Shown here: positions 20,391-30,142 of the stretch, piece after piece
How positions within the stretch are numbered: the first letter of the stretch is position 1
Layout of the letters: each line of letters starts with the position of its first letter
Source of the DNA: a virus
Lineage: Duplodnaviria; Caudoviricetes
Virus record (IMG/VR): IMGVR_UViG_3300020037_003306
Coordinates: 1-64,000 of that record
Length of the DNA stretch: 64,000 bases
Reading direction: 5' to 3' (one strand)
The notes under the pieces: model-generated
Database searches by the model: none
Told to the model about the DNA's origin: nothing
Seen by the model: the letters and a program-made list of their open reading frames with translations, nothing else
Translations under genes and position numbers: made by a program

Positions 20391-20732
20391 TTACTTTGGT
20401 TTTGAGAATTGTGAAGCTATTTCCCATTTACGAGGAGGGTCGCCTTCAAAGTGGTACATAAGCGTTTTCTCACAAGCAGTTCCAAGATTGACAACTTTTG
20501 TATCATCAATTACTAAAGCTTTCTTTTCAGGATTAAGAGGTAAAGTCCAGTAATCTTTTGAATTAGGAGTTACAGTTAATCCAATTATCGTAATAGGAAG
20601 AACAGCCTCAGCAATAGATTTCTTAGTGACATCTTTTGTAGGAGTAACAATTAAAACATTAGGAAGATTATCAACTATTGCTTTAATGGCTTTAGGCATT
20701 GGAGAATCTCCAGTAATAATAACTTTTTTCAT
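20391..20732 (-). CDS. Hypothetical protein (113 aa)
   Basis: Tightly packed between the polymerase and SF2 helicase genes. Confidence 0.75.
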   Translation of the reverse strand: MKKVIITGDSPMPKAIKAIVDNLPNVLIVTPTKDVTKKSIAEAVLPITIIGLTVTPNSKDYWTLPLNPEKKALVIDDTKVVNLGTACEKTLMYHFEGDPPRKWEIASQFSKPK

Positions 20733-20738
20733 AACATT

Positions 20739-23456
20739 TTATTTAGTCCATGTATCTCCAACATGAAAATCAGCTTTCATTTCAAACTTAGTAAGAAAGC
20801 GATTAGCACATTGAATCATAGACAGTTTAGCAAAATAACTAAATGAGCAGTCAACAGCAATAACGTTACCAGCTTTATCACAATGTACTTCAGTACAATG
20901 CAATTCATCATGATATTTATCATTGTAATCCGCTTTACTACGAGGTTTATCAAATTTAAAAAGACAAACTTTCCTTTTTTCACTGTTCCATTCATCACTA
21001 ATTCCGTCCATATATTTAGGAACACGATAAACAAGTTCGTCATGTATCTGTGCTAAAAGCACGCAATCCCATTTATTAGCACGAATAGCTTTAGCAATTT
21101 CAACCATCGCCTCTTTAAGGCAATCGGCTTGAGTACCGCTAATAGGAACATTACGGAGTTGTCCTTCATAATCTCTTTTAAACCTAAAATCAATATCATA
21201 TGATTCTCCTGTATTTTGAGCAGTCCATCCATAAAAACCATTATAAGTAACAACATCAGGTTGTAAGCCCTGTTTAATTGCATCTTCATTAATAGATTTT
21301 CTAAGACGAATAATTTCAGGAAGCCAAATACGACTAAAACTTCTTTGGTTAAGAACGATAAAACCAGCAAGCATACCTTTTTTAACATTAGCTTCTACCA
21401 TAGCATACGTTTTAGGAATAGCTTTTCTTTGTGCAAATAGAATAACTTTACCTTCTTCTTGTGTAACATTAACAGGTTCATAAGGTTCACCAGTCTTAGC
21501 TAATTCAGAATCAGTATTGTTAAAAGTTTCTTGAGCTTTTTTATCCTTCATACCATACACACCGCCAAAAGTACCATTCTTACCTGCAACACGAAACGGA
21601 GCATTAATTTTTTTTGTAACGATAAAAGTTTCAGATAAATCAAACCATTTTTTAACAGTTTTATTAGTAGATTCTTTAATCGCTTTCAAACAAGCACTAC
21701 TTTTGTGCCTATTTTTAAAAGACATAAAATCGCTCCATTGTTTAGCTGCAAGTCCAGCACGGAATAGGTAAATATGACGCCAAACATTCTGAGTCATAGG
21801 GCTATGACTATCGTCATTAACAACAGCCCATTGAAACAATTTATCATCTTGCGCCATATCACACATAAAGGTAACTTCAGCACCAGTCAAATCCCCAGTA
21901 AATATAGAATAATCTTTTCCGCCATGAAAACATTCTCTAAACTTTTTATCACGAGGGATATTTTGACTGTTATAACGCATAGCAATTTCAGGAGTTTTAT
22001 TACCACCGCCAGACTGTAATCTTCCATTAACAGCTTCTACAAGTCTATAAATAGTATGCAAACGATTTGTTTTAGGATTAACTTTATCAAGGTAGTTTTG
22101 ACCGAAGTTAGTAAGTTCAGTAGTAATTTTACTCAATTTAACAAGTAGTTCAACGAAACTTCTTATAGGCGAAGCAGGAAAATCAACAAGATACTTTTGC
22201 CATGCTTTTTGTCCAACAGTCCAACCTTCATTTTGAAGATTATATTTAGGTACATATTCAATAGTATTAGTACTAGGATTGATTCCTACATCTTTTCGCA
22301 CTTTACCTTTTTTGCTAAGAACAGGAATAAGATATTGAAATTTAGTATAAGCTTCTCCTTGAAGCGGAGCGGGAAGTTTTAATGCAGCAAGAACAGTTAA
22401 AACAGTATCAGACGAAGCCCAATTGATATTGGCTTTTATGTCTTTACTATTATAACCTTTTGCTTTCATAAAGTCTTCTTTATTCATAGCTCCAAAGAGT
22501 CCTTCATACTTAATCTCTTCTTTAATGTTTCTAGGTCTATCCCAAATACCACCAAGTAGCAAATGCTCCTCGCCCGTACTAAATTGCTTTCGGAGTTTAC
22601 GGAACTCAATATCAACAAGACAAGCAGCCTCATGTTGAAGCTTCTTATTAACGTTAATATTATCAAGCCATTTAGCTTGATTAAAATCAAACCCCGTAAT
22701 CTCACATTCAGCAATAACACTAATCAATGGCATTTCAACATTATGAAGCCACCAATCAAGATTGTATCGTTTAGCAAGTATCATTTGCGCATTATAAATA
22801 TCTTCAAGATACCTAACATCTCCCGCTGCATACAAAATATGTTTGTTGTTATAAACAGCATACTTAGGATGTTTAACAGTAGGGAAGTATTCTCGAATAC
22901 CTTTATCACTCGCAGGCGGAATAAAACCAAGATGTCTTTGCATTAAAGCAATAAGACCATAAAGAAAACCTTGAGGGTTCTCCTTACTCCTAACATTATT
23001 TTGGTAAAGCTTTCTATCAATCGTTTCAGTACAAATAAGATTAGTAGGAAAAGATTTAAAATGATACATACTAAAACCAACATCAAATTTGATTTTATGT
23101 CCTATATACGTTAAATCATCATAATCTTTAAGCCAATCCATACTTACAGTATAACAATCAACAACATACTGCATTTCAGCATCTCCAAGAATAAGAAGAA
23201 GCGGAGTATTAAGAATACAACATAAACCATTAGTTTCATAATCATAACCTACAACCCTTTTACTTCTTCTTTTTTCTTTAAGAAATGCGTGTAGTTTTTG
23301 CATACCAACAGCTTCGGTATAAATCAACCCAGCTGTAAACTCATGCTTATTGGAGTTTGTTATCAGGATTACCATCAATTCTACGGTTGTAAACTTTATT
23401 AAACTTTTTGAGATAGGGAAGCGTACTTTCTTTATGAACTTGGTTGATACTTCCAT
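20739..23456 (-). CDS. polA: Family A DNA polymerase with 3'-5' exonuclease (probable start 23375)
   Basis: Exonuclease motifs DYET, KFD and YAAGD. Polymerase motifs NSQNIP, DLTGAE (A), RVAGKNGTFGGVYG (B), NVPISGTQAD and QIHDEL (C). Confidence 0.93.
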   Translation of the reverse strand: MEVSTKFIKKVRFPISKSLIKFTTVELMVILITNSNKHEFTAGLIYTEAVGMQKLHAFLKEKRRSKRVVGYDYETNGLCCILNTPLLLILGDAEMQYVVDCYTVSMDWLKDYDDLTYIGHKIKFDVGFSMYHFKSFPTNLICTETIDRKLYQNNVRSKENPQGFLYGLIALMQRHLGFIPPASDKGIREYFPTVKHPKYAVYNNKHILYAAGDVRYLEDIYNAQMILAKRYNLDWWLHNVEMPLISVIAECEITGFDFNQAKWLDNINVNKKLQHEAACLVDIEFRKLRKQFSTGEEHLLLGGIWDRPRNIKEEIKYEGLFGAMNKEDFMKAKGYNSKDIKANINWASSDTVLTVLAALKLPAPLQGEAYTKFQYLIPVLSKKGKVRKDVGINPSTNTIEYVPKYNLQNEGWTVGQKAWQKYLVDFPASPIRSFVELLVKLSKITTELTNFGQNYLDKVNPKTNRLHTIYRLVEAVNGRLQSGGGNKTPEIAMRYNSQNIPRDKKFRECFHGGKDYSIFTGDLTGAEVTFMCDMAQDDKLFQWAVVNDDSHSPMTQNVWRHIYLFRAGLAAKQWSDFMSFKNRHKSSACLKAIKESTNKTVKKWFDLSETFIVTKKINAPFRVAGKNGTFGGVYGMKDKKAQETFNNTDSELAKTGEPYEPVNVTQEEGKVILFAQRKAIPKTYAMVEANVKKGMLAGFIVLNQRSFSRIWLPEIIRLRKSINEDAIKQGLQPDVVTYNGFYGWTAQNTGESYDIDFRFKRDYEGQLRNVPISGTQADCLKEAMVEIAKAIRANKWDCVLLAQIHDELVYRVPKYMDGISDEWNSEKRKVCLFKFDKPRSKADYNDKYHDELHCTEVHCDKAGNVIAVDCSFSYFAKLSMIQCANRFLTKFEMKADFHVGDTWTK

Positions 23457-23934
23457 TATGCATTCTAGCTAATTCTTGAAGAGTAGGTACACGCCCAAAC
23501 TTCTTTTTAAAGTTATAAGCGTGAATGCCACTAACAGCCCAAAATACATGGTAAGCTTTGTCAGCATCAAACATCTCTTCATACTCGTATTGTAATGCTT
23601 GAGTAAGAGGAGTGTCAAAGTAACAATGATGCATACCAAATATCCCAATCGCTCTACCGCCATCGCCAACAATCTTTCCAACTTCTTTTCCTCGTTTAAT
23701 AGTGCTATAAGCACCACATTCAAGTTCAATAATAGTTTTCATAAATTGAGAATCGGCAGTATCACGGTAAACAACTTGAATAACAGTGTCAGTACGAGTT
23801 TCAACTTTAGTAGTAAATCCGCTAGTCGCAGTCTTATAGCCAAGAGCAAAAGTATATCCAATGATAAACCACATGAAAAGGAATACCAAGAGGAAAAATA
23901 CTGTTTCTAAGAAATCTTTTATTAGTTGTTTCAT
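23347..23934 (-). CDS. Lysozyme-like (i-type/destabilase-like) peptidoglycan hydrolase with an N-terminal membrane anchor
   Basis: Likely start MKQLIKD at 23934. Hydrophobic segment VFFLLVFLFMWFIIGYTFAL; motifs IIELE, VGDGGRAIGIFGMH..YF and LARMHNG. Confidence 0.7.
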   Translation of the reverse strand: MKQLIKDFLETVFFLLVFLFMWFIIGYTFALGYKTATSGFTTKVETRTDTVIQVVYRDTADSQFMKTIIELECGAYSTIKRGKEVGKIVGDGGRAIGIFGMHHCYFDTPLTQALQYEYEEMFDADKAYHVFWAVSGIHAYNFKKKFGRVPTLQELARMHNGSINQVHKESTLPYLKKFNKVYNRRIDGNPDNKLQ

Positions 23935-23935
23935 A

Positions 23936-24370
23936 TTATGGAAGTTCAAAAGTAACACGGGTTTCCTCAATATTGAGATACTTATTAGCATTAACGAATT
24001 GCTCGATAGCAATACATTTTTCGCTTTTATTAAAAACAAACTCAAAGCGTCCCCATTTGTTTTTCAAATTGATAATAGTATTAGTACCATCACCAAAAAT
24101 CCCATCAAGAGAAAGCAAACCATCTTTTTCACCGTCAATAGAAAGACTAAAAAGATTAGTAATATTTTGAACTCGTTTGAACACGTAAGTAATATTAGGT
24201 CGTTTCGGAGTATCAAAATGAATTTTAATCTCTTTTTGACCAGCAAGAAAAAGTGCGTAATCAGTATTAGGACATTTAATTGACGTATTAACATCGTCAT
24301 TAAAATAACCAATACAAATGATAGCAAGAATACCGATAACAATAGATAATCCAATTTTAAGATTTTCCAT
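23936..24370 (-). CDS. Hypothetical membrane-anchored or exported protein
   Basis: N-terminal hydrophobic segment IGLSIVIGILAIICIGYF. Confidence 0.75.
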   Translation of the reverse strand: MENLKIGLSIVIGILAIICIGYFNDDVNTSIKCPNTDYALFLAGQKEIKIHFDTPKRPNITYVFKRVQNITNLFSLSIDGEKDGLLSLDGIFGDGTNTIINLKNKWGRFEFVFNKSEKCIAIEQFVNANKYLNIEETRVTFELP

Positions 24371-24400
24371 AATTTTATAAGTTTTTAAAAGATGAACAAA

Positions 24401-24784
24401 TTAATTTAAACTGTAAAGAGAAGGCATACTATAAAAAGCTACACGGTGCTTTTCATGTGCAGGCAAATCCTCAGCAAATTGTCGAGGGTCATAATCTCTA
24501 CGATGCTTTTTAAGAAATTTCTTACCAATCTTTTGCTCAAGTTCTAAAAATTCTGTCAATGTATCGCCATCAGCAGCGAAAACATTAAATAGAATTGGAA
24601 ATAGACAAAGAGGTTTAGTAAAAGTAACTCCATAAGGGTTCACATCAGTAACATGGTCTTTGCTACTAGTAAGGTGCAAAATATGAATACAAGTATGTCC
24701 AGCAACACTCGCATTAAATTCAGGAGCGAAGTATTGAGGAGCAGGCATAGCCGCAGGGATACCAAATAATCTTTTAGAAGCCAT
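24401..24784 (-). CDS. Hypothetical protein (start MASKRL at 24784)
   Basis: This ATG is 8 nt after the Dda stop; the longer track start overlaps Dda. Confidence 0.7.
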   Translation of the reverse strand: MASKRLFGIPAAMPAPQYFAPEFNASVAGHTCIHILHLTSSKDHVTDVNPYGVTFTKPLCLFPILFNVFAADGDTLTEFLELEQKIGKKFLKKHRRDYDPRQFAEDLPAHEKHRVAFYSMPSLYSLN

Positions 24785-24792
24785 TTTATCAA

Positions 24793-26394
24793 TTAAATAT
24801 GAATCATTGCAAAATTGCGAGCACGAGAGATAGCAACATACATAAGACGAAGACAATACTTACGTAAAGTATCAATCTCTTTAGCATTTGCTTCTCTGTG
24901 CATTTTAATAAGAATTGCGTGTTTACTAACACCAAAAGCACCGCCAATGTTTTTACCATCGACAAATACTTTATTATAAGTACTACCTTGAGATTTATGA
25001 ACAGTAGAGCCAAAGATATAACTCAAATCTTTAGAAGGAAGAGTATCATCTTTGTACTTCTTATTCAAATCTTCAAGAAGAAGATGATTGTTTTTAAACT
25101 TGTAATAAGCAGGCCATTTCTTATTATGTTTACCTTCATTATGAAAAGGACGGTGCTTATAAACAAAGTTAGCTGTATCTTTAATGTCAACAATCATTAC
25201 ATCTACTTCTCTACCAGAGACGAGAGCTTTAAGTGTAACACTATAACCATTAATATCTTCTTCAGACATTGTTTTTGTAACTGCGATAACTTCATAATCC
25301 TCACTATTAATAAGAATAGGATTCAAATCAGGATAAGTAAGAATATGTTTGTAAGAAGTCATTAAATCGCCAACAACAATACATTCTCTAGTTTTGAATA
25401 ATTCATTACGAATAACAAACGCATAATCATTGACTGTTACGTTATTATACGCAATAATTTTTGAATGTTGTTTATCTTCGATAAATTCAGTATCAAGAAA
25501 AGACATTGCAGCGTGCTTTTGCAAATCAAGAGCGGAATCAGTGCAAACATAACCTTTACCGTCAATAATAAATTCAGGCGCAAGCGTACGTAACCAAAGA
25601 AAAGTACATTCTTTAGAAGCAGCTTTATACAACTCAAGGTCAATGTCAATATCTCTAAATTCTGCATCTTTAAATTGATAAAGAGCGTCTTTAAGAATAT
25701 CGTAATTAAGCTGAGTTGGTTGAATATCATAACGGAGAGCTAGAAGAAGCAATGATAAAGGATTATCAGTAGCTTGACGAACGGGAGTAAGTAATTCACT
25801 CATTCCATTCAAATTCTCTTTGAGAAGAGCAGGAGATACATCTTCTCCAACAGGAGGTAATTGGAGAGCATCTCCAACAAAAAGAATTTTAACTTTGTAT
25901 CTACGAGCTTGGTCTTTAAGGTAAGTAAGCAAGTCGCTGTTAAGCATACTAGCTTCATCAATAATAACAAGACTAAATTTCTGAATAAGAGGTTTACTCT
26001 TATAATCAAAAACAATCTTATTAATATTGAAGTTCTCAACTTCCAAGTCAGGTTTCAAACCAAGCAATCTTTGAACAGTTTCACTATTCAATCCAGTAGC
26101 ACGGCTAATAACTTCTTTAGCTTTATGAGTAGGTGCAGAAACACAAACGCCATATTTTTGCTTAATGACATTTAACACCTCTTTCATAACAGTAGTTTTA
26201 CCAGTTCCAGCAGAACCAGTTAAACCCCAAAAGAGTTCATCAGGTCTATAAGACCAAGCAGCAATATCACTAAGAGCCATAGTTTGACAGCTACTCCAAT
26301 TGAAATCATCACTTAAATCCCCTTCAATTACAGGGAAGTTTTTATTCTCTTCTGAATCAAGAAAATCATAAAAACTATCATCATTTAGTCCCAT
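24793..26394 (-). CDS. Dda/RecD-like superfamily 1B helicase
   Basis: GSAGTGKT, SAPTHKA, IIDEASM, VGDALQLPPV, STVHKSQGST and YVAISRA. Confidence 0.92.
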   Translation of the reverse strand: MGLNDDSFYDFLDSEENKNFPVIEGDLSDDFNWSSCQTMALSDIAAWSYRPDELFWGLTGSAGTGKTTVMKEVLNVIKQKYGVCVSAPTHKAKEVISRATGLNSETVQRLLGLKPDLEVENFNINKIVFDYKSKPLIQKFSLVIIDEASMLNSDLLTYLKDQARRYKVKILFVGDALQLPPVGEDVSPALLKENLNGMSELLTPVRQATDNPLSLLLLALRYDIQPTQLNYDILKDALYQFKDAEFRDIDIDLELYKAASKECTFLWLRTLAPEFIIDGKGYVCTDSALDLQKHAAMSFLDTEFIEDKQHSKIIAYNNVTVNDYAFVIRNELFKTRECIVVGDLMTSYKHILTYPDLNPILINSEDYEVIAVTKTMSEEDINGYSVTLKALVSGREVDVMIVDIKDTANFVYKHRPFHNEGKHNKKWPAYYKFKNNHLLLEDLNKKYKDDTLPSKDLSYIFGSTVHKSQGSTYNKVFVDGKNIGGAFGVSKHAILIKMHREANAKEIDTLRKYCLRLMYVAISRARNFAMIHI

Positions 26395-26400
26395 CTGTTT

Positions 26401-26808
26401 CTATTTAAGACTATTAATTAATCCCATTGCATCGGCAATGGCTTTTACAGTAAAATATTCAAAGCGAAGTTCATCGCTTGTATTGTATGCTTTATCAGGA
26501 GTTTTATCCCAACAACGTCGCCAGTAATAATCAACATCACTTTTACTTTCCCAAAGAAAATCAGCTGCTTTATCAGCTTCATCTATTCTATTACTATCAA
26601 GAGCATATACATCGTATCCGTTTGGGCGTACTAATATACCTATATTATAGTGTAAGAAAAAACCTTCAAAAATGCCTTTTTGGGCTAGTGTGGAAGCCGT
26701 GAGGAACGTATTTATTAGTGGGTAAGGTTTTTGTACTAATCCGTTATAATACGCTGAAAATCGGGCATTTGAATGCTTTGTTTTAGCGAGTGCATCAATT
26801 ATTCTCAT
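26401..26808 (-). CDS. Hypothetical protein
   Basis: Probable start MRIIDAL at 26808; TAG stop. Confidence 0.7.
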   Translation of the reverse strand: MRIIDALAKTKHSNARFSAYYNGLVQKPYPLINTFLTASTLAQKGIFEGFFLHYNIGILVRPNGYDVYALDSNRIDEADKAADFLWESKSDVDYYWRRCWDKTPDKAYNTSDELRFEYFTVKAIADAMGLINSLK

Positions 26809-27007
26809 CAGTAACAGCATTATCAGGATTAGCAATAGCATCTTTTAAGTCTTTTTCTCGACATAGAAGCTTTTGATAGTCGGCAGTATCTTCATTAGTA
26901 GTAATAACAACATGAAGCCCCCGAAGAGGAGTATGTTTCTTTCTCCATTTTGTCAATTGGTACTTTACCAACATTAATTGGAATCTATACTTTAGCTTTT
27001 TTCCCAT
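26795..27007 (-). CDS. Hypothetical protein (70 aa)
   Basis: Short ORF overlapping its neighbours in operon fashion. Confidence 0.6.
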   Translation of the reverse strand: MGKKLKYRFQLMLVKYQLTKWRKKHTPLRGLHVVITTNEDTADYQKLLCREKDLKDAIANPDNAVTDENN

Positions 27008-27230
27008 TGTCTTTAGTATTTAGTTCTGAAAGTTGTTCTTCAAGTTTACTTAATCGTTCTTTATACTCTTCAACTATTACTTCATAATAACGTTGAGTTT
27101 TAGCGTTACCAGGAGTAGGATTTTGTGCATGGTTATTTTCAGCTTTAGTTAGTTGAACACTGTATGCAGTAATATTTGATTTCGTTTGCTTAATTCTATA
27201 AGCAAGAATAGATGCAGAAATGAGTCCCAT
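26985..27230 (-). CDS. Hypothetical coiled-coil protein (probable start MGLISA at 27230)
   Basis: A-rich leader AAACTAAATAAAACTATT precedes this ATG. Confidence 0.6.
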   Translation of the reverse strand: MGLISASILAYRIKQTKSNITAYSVQLTKAENNHAQNPTPGNAKTQRYYEVIVEEYKERLSKLEEQLSELNTKDNGKKAKV

Positions 27231-27356
27231 AATAGTTTTATTTAGTTTATAATTAAAAGAATGAGATACCTTAACAACATTAACAGTTTTGGATTTAACT
27301 TCACTGTCACTATTTCTAGCTGTTGCCCAAGCCACTCCATTAGGAGCAGCGGTTTG

Positions 27357-27728
27357 TTAATAAAATTTGATAGGCGTGATTATACGCTCTTTAACAAGAG
27401 TATCGTAAAGTTTCTTTGTAAGAAATTTCATAATCTCTATTTTAATATCAGCATTAGTAGTGTGAATTGTAATAACTTTTGTAATTCTTTTTAATTCATT
27501 TTCTTTAAAAGAAATTACAAGATTATCAAGAAAAGAAATACCATTAGGTAGTTTAACTTTTACCCACGCTTCTAGAACTGTAAGATTTAAAGTTTCTTCT
27601 TCAATATTTACACAAAAATTTATGTAACTTTGAATAGCATCAATTTTTAATTCAGTTTCTATATGTTTAAGAACTGTTACACAATCTACAATTTTAAGAA
27701 CATTGATTTTAATTCCAAGAGTTGCCAT
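27357..27728 (-). CDS. Hypothetical protein (123 aa)
   Basis: ORF track. Confidence 0.7.
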   Translation of the reverse strand: MATLGIKINVLKIVDCVTVLKHIETELKIDAIQSYINFCVNIEEETLNLTVLEAWVKVKLPNGISFLDNLVISFKENELKRITKVITIHTTNADIKIEIMKFLTKKLYDTLVKERIITPIKFY

Positions 27729-27893
27729 TTAATTTTTACGTTTACTTTCAACAGGTTTAACTAATTGTTTTACTTTAGTAATTTGCAGTCTAGTGAGATA
27801 AGCACGTGTAGTATCAGTATAACCTTTATCAGCAGGAAAATGCTCTTTAGCTTTCTCTTTAAGCCATTCGATAGATTTATTAATGATACCCAT
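27729..27893 (-). CDS. Small hypothetical protein (54 aa, MGIINKSIEWLKEKAKEHF...), absent from the ORF track
   Basis: Translated by hand; starts 3 nt after the 27897 stop and ends flush with the next ATG. Confidence 0.7.
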   Translation of the reverse strand: MGIINKSIEWLKEKAKEHFPADKGYTDTTRAYLTRLQITKVKQLVKPVESKRKN

Positions 27894-27896
27894 ATA

Positions 27897-28373
27897 CTAA
27901 AGAGGTTTAAGTTTTTCAACTTTTCTACGCTCATCACTAGAGCAATAAAACCAATAATCAGTAGAAACATTACGAGCTTCTTTGATTCCTTTCTCGAATT
28001 GTTTTTCAAGAGCTTTTGCAGCGGCAGCAGGCATACCAATTGTATTAATTGATTTACCGTTTTTGACATAAACATTATCAGCTACTCTTTTAACAGGAGT
28101 TGCAGCAGGCGCAGAGAAACCAAAGTAATCAGCTTTATGTCCATAACGACGTTTAAAGCTAACATCTTCAATCCAACCGCTCTTTTCACGGTCAACAAGC
28201 AATTTACCATCACGGTATTGATAATTACCGCTTTTGTCTTTCTTGAAGTGCCATACCCATTTAAAAGGACGGATAATATCAGCACAATTTAATCCATTTT
28301 TAGAAGTTACAGGATTTTTAACTTTACCAGAAACAGGAGTTTTGGTAATACGAGGTTTTTGTGATGTAGGCAT
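27897..28373 (-). CDS. Basic hypothetical protein (158 aa)
   Basis: K/R-rich ORF. Confidence 0.75.
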   Translation of the reverse strand: MPTSQKPRITKTPVSGKVKNPVTSKNGLNCADIIRPFKWVWHFKKDKSGNYQYRDGKLLVDREKSGWIEDVSFKRRYGHKADYFGFSAPAATPVKRVADNVYVKNGKSINTIGMPAAAAKALEKQFEKGIKEARNVSTDYWFYCSSDERRKVEKLKPL

Positions 28374-28382
28374 ACGATTAAT

Positions 28383-28715
28383 TTAATAAGTGTAAGTAAT
28401 ATTGTTAATTCCAAGTAAAAGTTCAATCCATTCAATAATTCCTAAATCATCAGCATCTAAAAGCATTCGATTAAGAGTAATATTCTCGGAACAAGTTAGT
28501 AATTTATTTTCAGGATTAACATCAGTTTTAAATCTAATAATTTTATTATCGTTTTCAAAAACATGATTATCGAGCATCGCTAGATTCTTTGTTTCAATTA
28601 AAAATTGTTGAACATCTTTGTATTTAGTATCTTTACTAAGAGGGTCAAAACATTCTTTTATAGTAAGAAAACGAGAAACAAGTTTACCGTTAAAATAAAT
28701 ATTGTTTAGAAACAT
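28383..28715 (-). CDS. Hypothetical protein (110 aa)
   Basis: ORF track; 3-nt spacing from the upstream gene. Confidence 0.7.
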   Translation of the reverse strand: MFLNNIYFNGKLVSRFLTIKECFDPLSKDTKYKDVQQFLIETKNLAMLDNHVFENDNKIIRFKTDVNPENKLLTCSENITLNRMLLDADDLGIIEWIELLLGINNITYTY

Positions 28716-28718
28716 AGT

Positions 28719-29291
28719 TTAAAGGATTAAAAAATTTGTTTCAATAAATTCAATAGCAGCAGCTTCATCAACAAAGCCACCATAACTATCTCCAACTTCT
28801 TCTTTTGTATGATTACAATGAGGACAAGTTTCAAGATTGATAATTTCGACACGATACATTTCTCCGTTGGAGTATGCAGCCATAACTTTACAAGCTCTAG
28901 CAGCAGCGAAACCAGCATTGACTGTATTTTGTGTTTCATTATCACTATCAAAACTAGCTAAATTAACAAGACCGTAACCGTGTATTTCATCAAAATTAGT
29001 AGCGTGTCTTATCTCAATTGTATCGCTACCTTTTACACTAAGAGGAAAAATGAAATACTTATCAAGATAAAAAGTGTGATATATTTCATGAGTTTCTTTA
29101 TCAGCAGTTAAAGTAGCGTTATGATTGCGAATATCTTGAAGGTTAAAATCAGGATGCTCAATTGCTCTATTCCCTCTTTTATAAATAATGATAATCTCAT
29201 CATTTATATCATTTGGATTAGTAGGATGTTCATCAAGATACACACGAGCAATTTGTGTAAGTGAGATTTGAATTTGTTTTGTATGTTTCAT
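28719..29291 (-). CDS. Hypothetical early protein (190 aa)
   Basis: RVYLDEHPTNP...NGEMYRVEI..CPHC..DSYGGF resembles a widespread uncharacterised phage family. Confidence 0.75.
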   Translation of the reverse strand: MKHTKQIQISLTQIARVYLDEHPTNPNDINDEIIIIYKRGNRAIEHPDFNLQDIRNHNATLTADKETHEIYHTFYLDKYFIFPLSVKGSDTIEIRHATNFDEIHGYGLVNLASFDSDNETQNTVNAGFAAARACKVMAAYSNGEMYRVEIINLETCPHCNHTKEEVGDSYGGFVDEAAAIEFIETNFLIL

Positions 29292-29333
29292 GTTATCTTC
29301 GCCTGTATTAAAGTTGTTGTGAGAAATTGATAA

Positions 29334-29747
29334 TTAGTTATCTTTATAAGCAGCTTTAAAAATTGGATTAATTTCAAAATCAAAATAATTGATTAAATCT
29401 TGAAGAATACTTTTACCTTTAGGACTAATCCAACTACCTCTAAAAGTTATTCCGCAATCAAGACAACCATTATTATTTAATTGTGAAAGTAAAATATCAG
29501 TTAAAGGTTGACCGAAATGTTTAATTAAAGATTCATAATTACCTTCATTAAAATTAATTTGAATAGCGAGAAGGAAATTAGCGTAAGTTCCTATTGTTTC
29601 ATTAGAAACATTACTATCAAGTTGAAGAATACCTTCTTTAAGGAAACTCTGTTCATCGTTCCAATGAAGACCTTGCGCATCAATATAAACAGAGTCATAA
29701 TCTTCATCAGTATTTTCAAATTGTTCAATATAAGATTCAGTGTTCAT
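29334..29747 (-). CDS. Hypothetical early protein (137 aa)
   Basis: C-terminal GCLDCG..RGSWISPKGK winged-helix-like pattern seen in phage hypotheticals. Confidence 0.75.
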   Translation of the reverse strand: MNTESYIEQFENTDEDYDSVYIDAQGLHWNDEQSFLKEGILQLDSNVSNETIGTYANFLLAIQINFNEGNYESLIKHFGQPLTDILLSQLNNNGCLDCGITFRGSWISPKGKSILQDLINYFDFEINPIFKAAYKDN

Positions 29748-29750
29748 AGT

Positions 29751-29900
29751 TTATTTGAGTTTGTCCGTAAAGTTAGTATTAAAATCTTTCTTGTATTGTT
29801 CAACAGCTAGTTCAACATATTTTTGAGTAAGTTTTGTATCAAGATAATCAATTAATTCTTCAAAAGAATTAAGAATTGTAATATTAGCTTTTTGTTCCAT
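29751..29900 (-). CDS. Small hypothetical protein (49 aa, MEQKANITILNSFEEL...), absent from the ORF track
   Basis: Translated by hand; shares the leader CTCAA(A)TAAACTATG with the next gene. Confidence 0.65.
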   Translation of the reverse strand: MEQKANITILNSFEELIDYLDTKLTQKYVELAVEQYKKDFNTNFTDKLK

Positions 29901-29932
29901 AGTTTATTGAGCTAGATTAAAATGTGTGAGAA

Positions 29933-30139
29933 TTATTTAATTTTATTGTAACAATAGTCTTTAAGATTATCTCCAAAACTAATAAGACCGACACCTATAA
30001 ATCCATTTAATTCAATGACAATATCAATTAATTGTTGAAGGTCTAAATTACCGTTAAGAACAAGTTGTTTAATTAACTCGTTATCTTTGACATTAGGTGT
30101 AGTTTTATGCGTTTTACTTTTTATTTTAATTTTCTCCAT
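29933..30139 (-). CDS. Hypothetical protein (68 aa)
   Basis: ORF track; 3-nt spacing. Confidence 0.65.
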   Translation of the reverse strand: MEKIKIKSKTHKTTPNVKDNELIKQLVLNGNLDLQQLIDIVIELNGFIGVGLISFGDNLKDYCYNKIK

Positions 30140-30142
30140 TGG

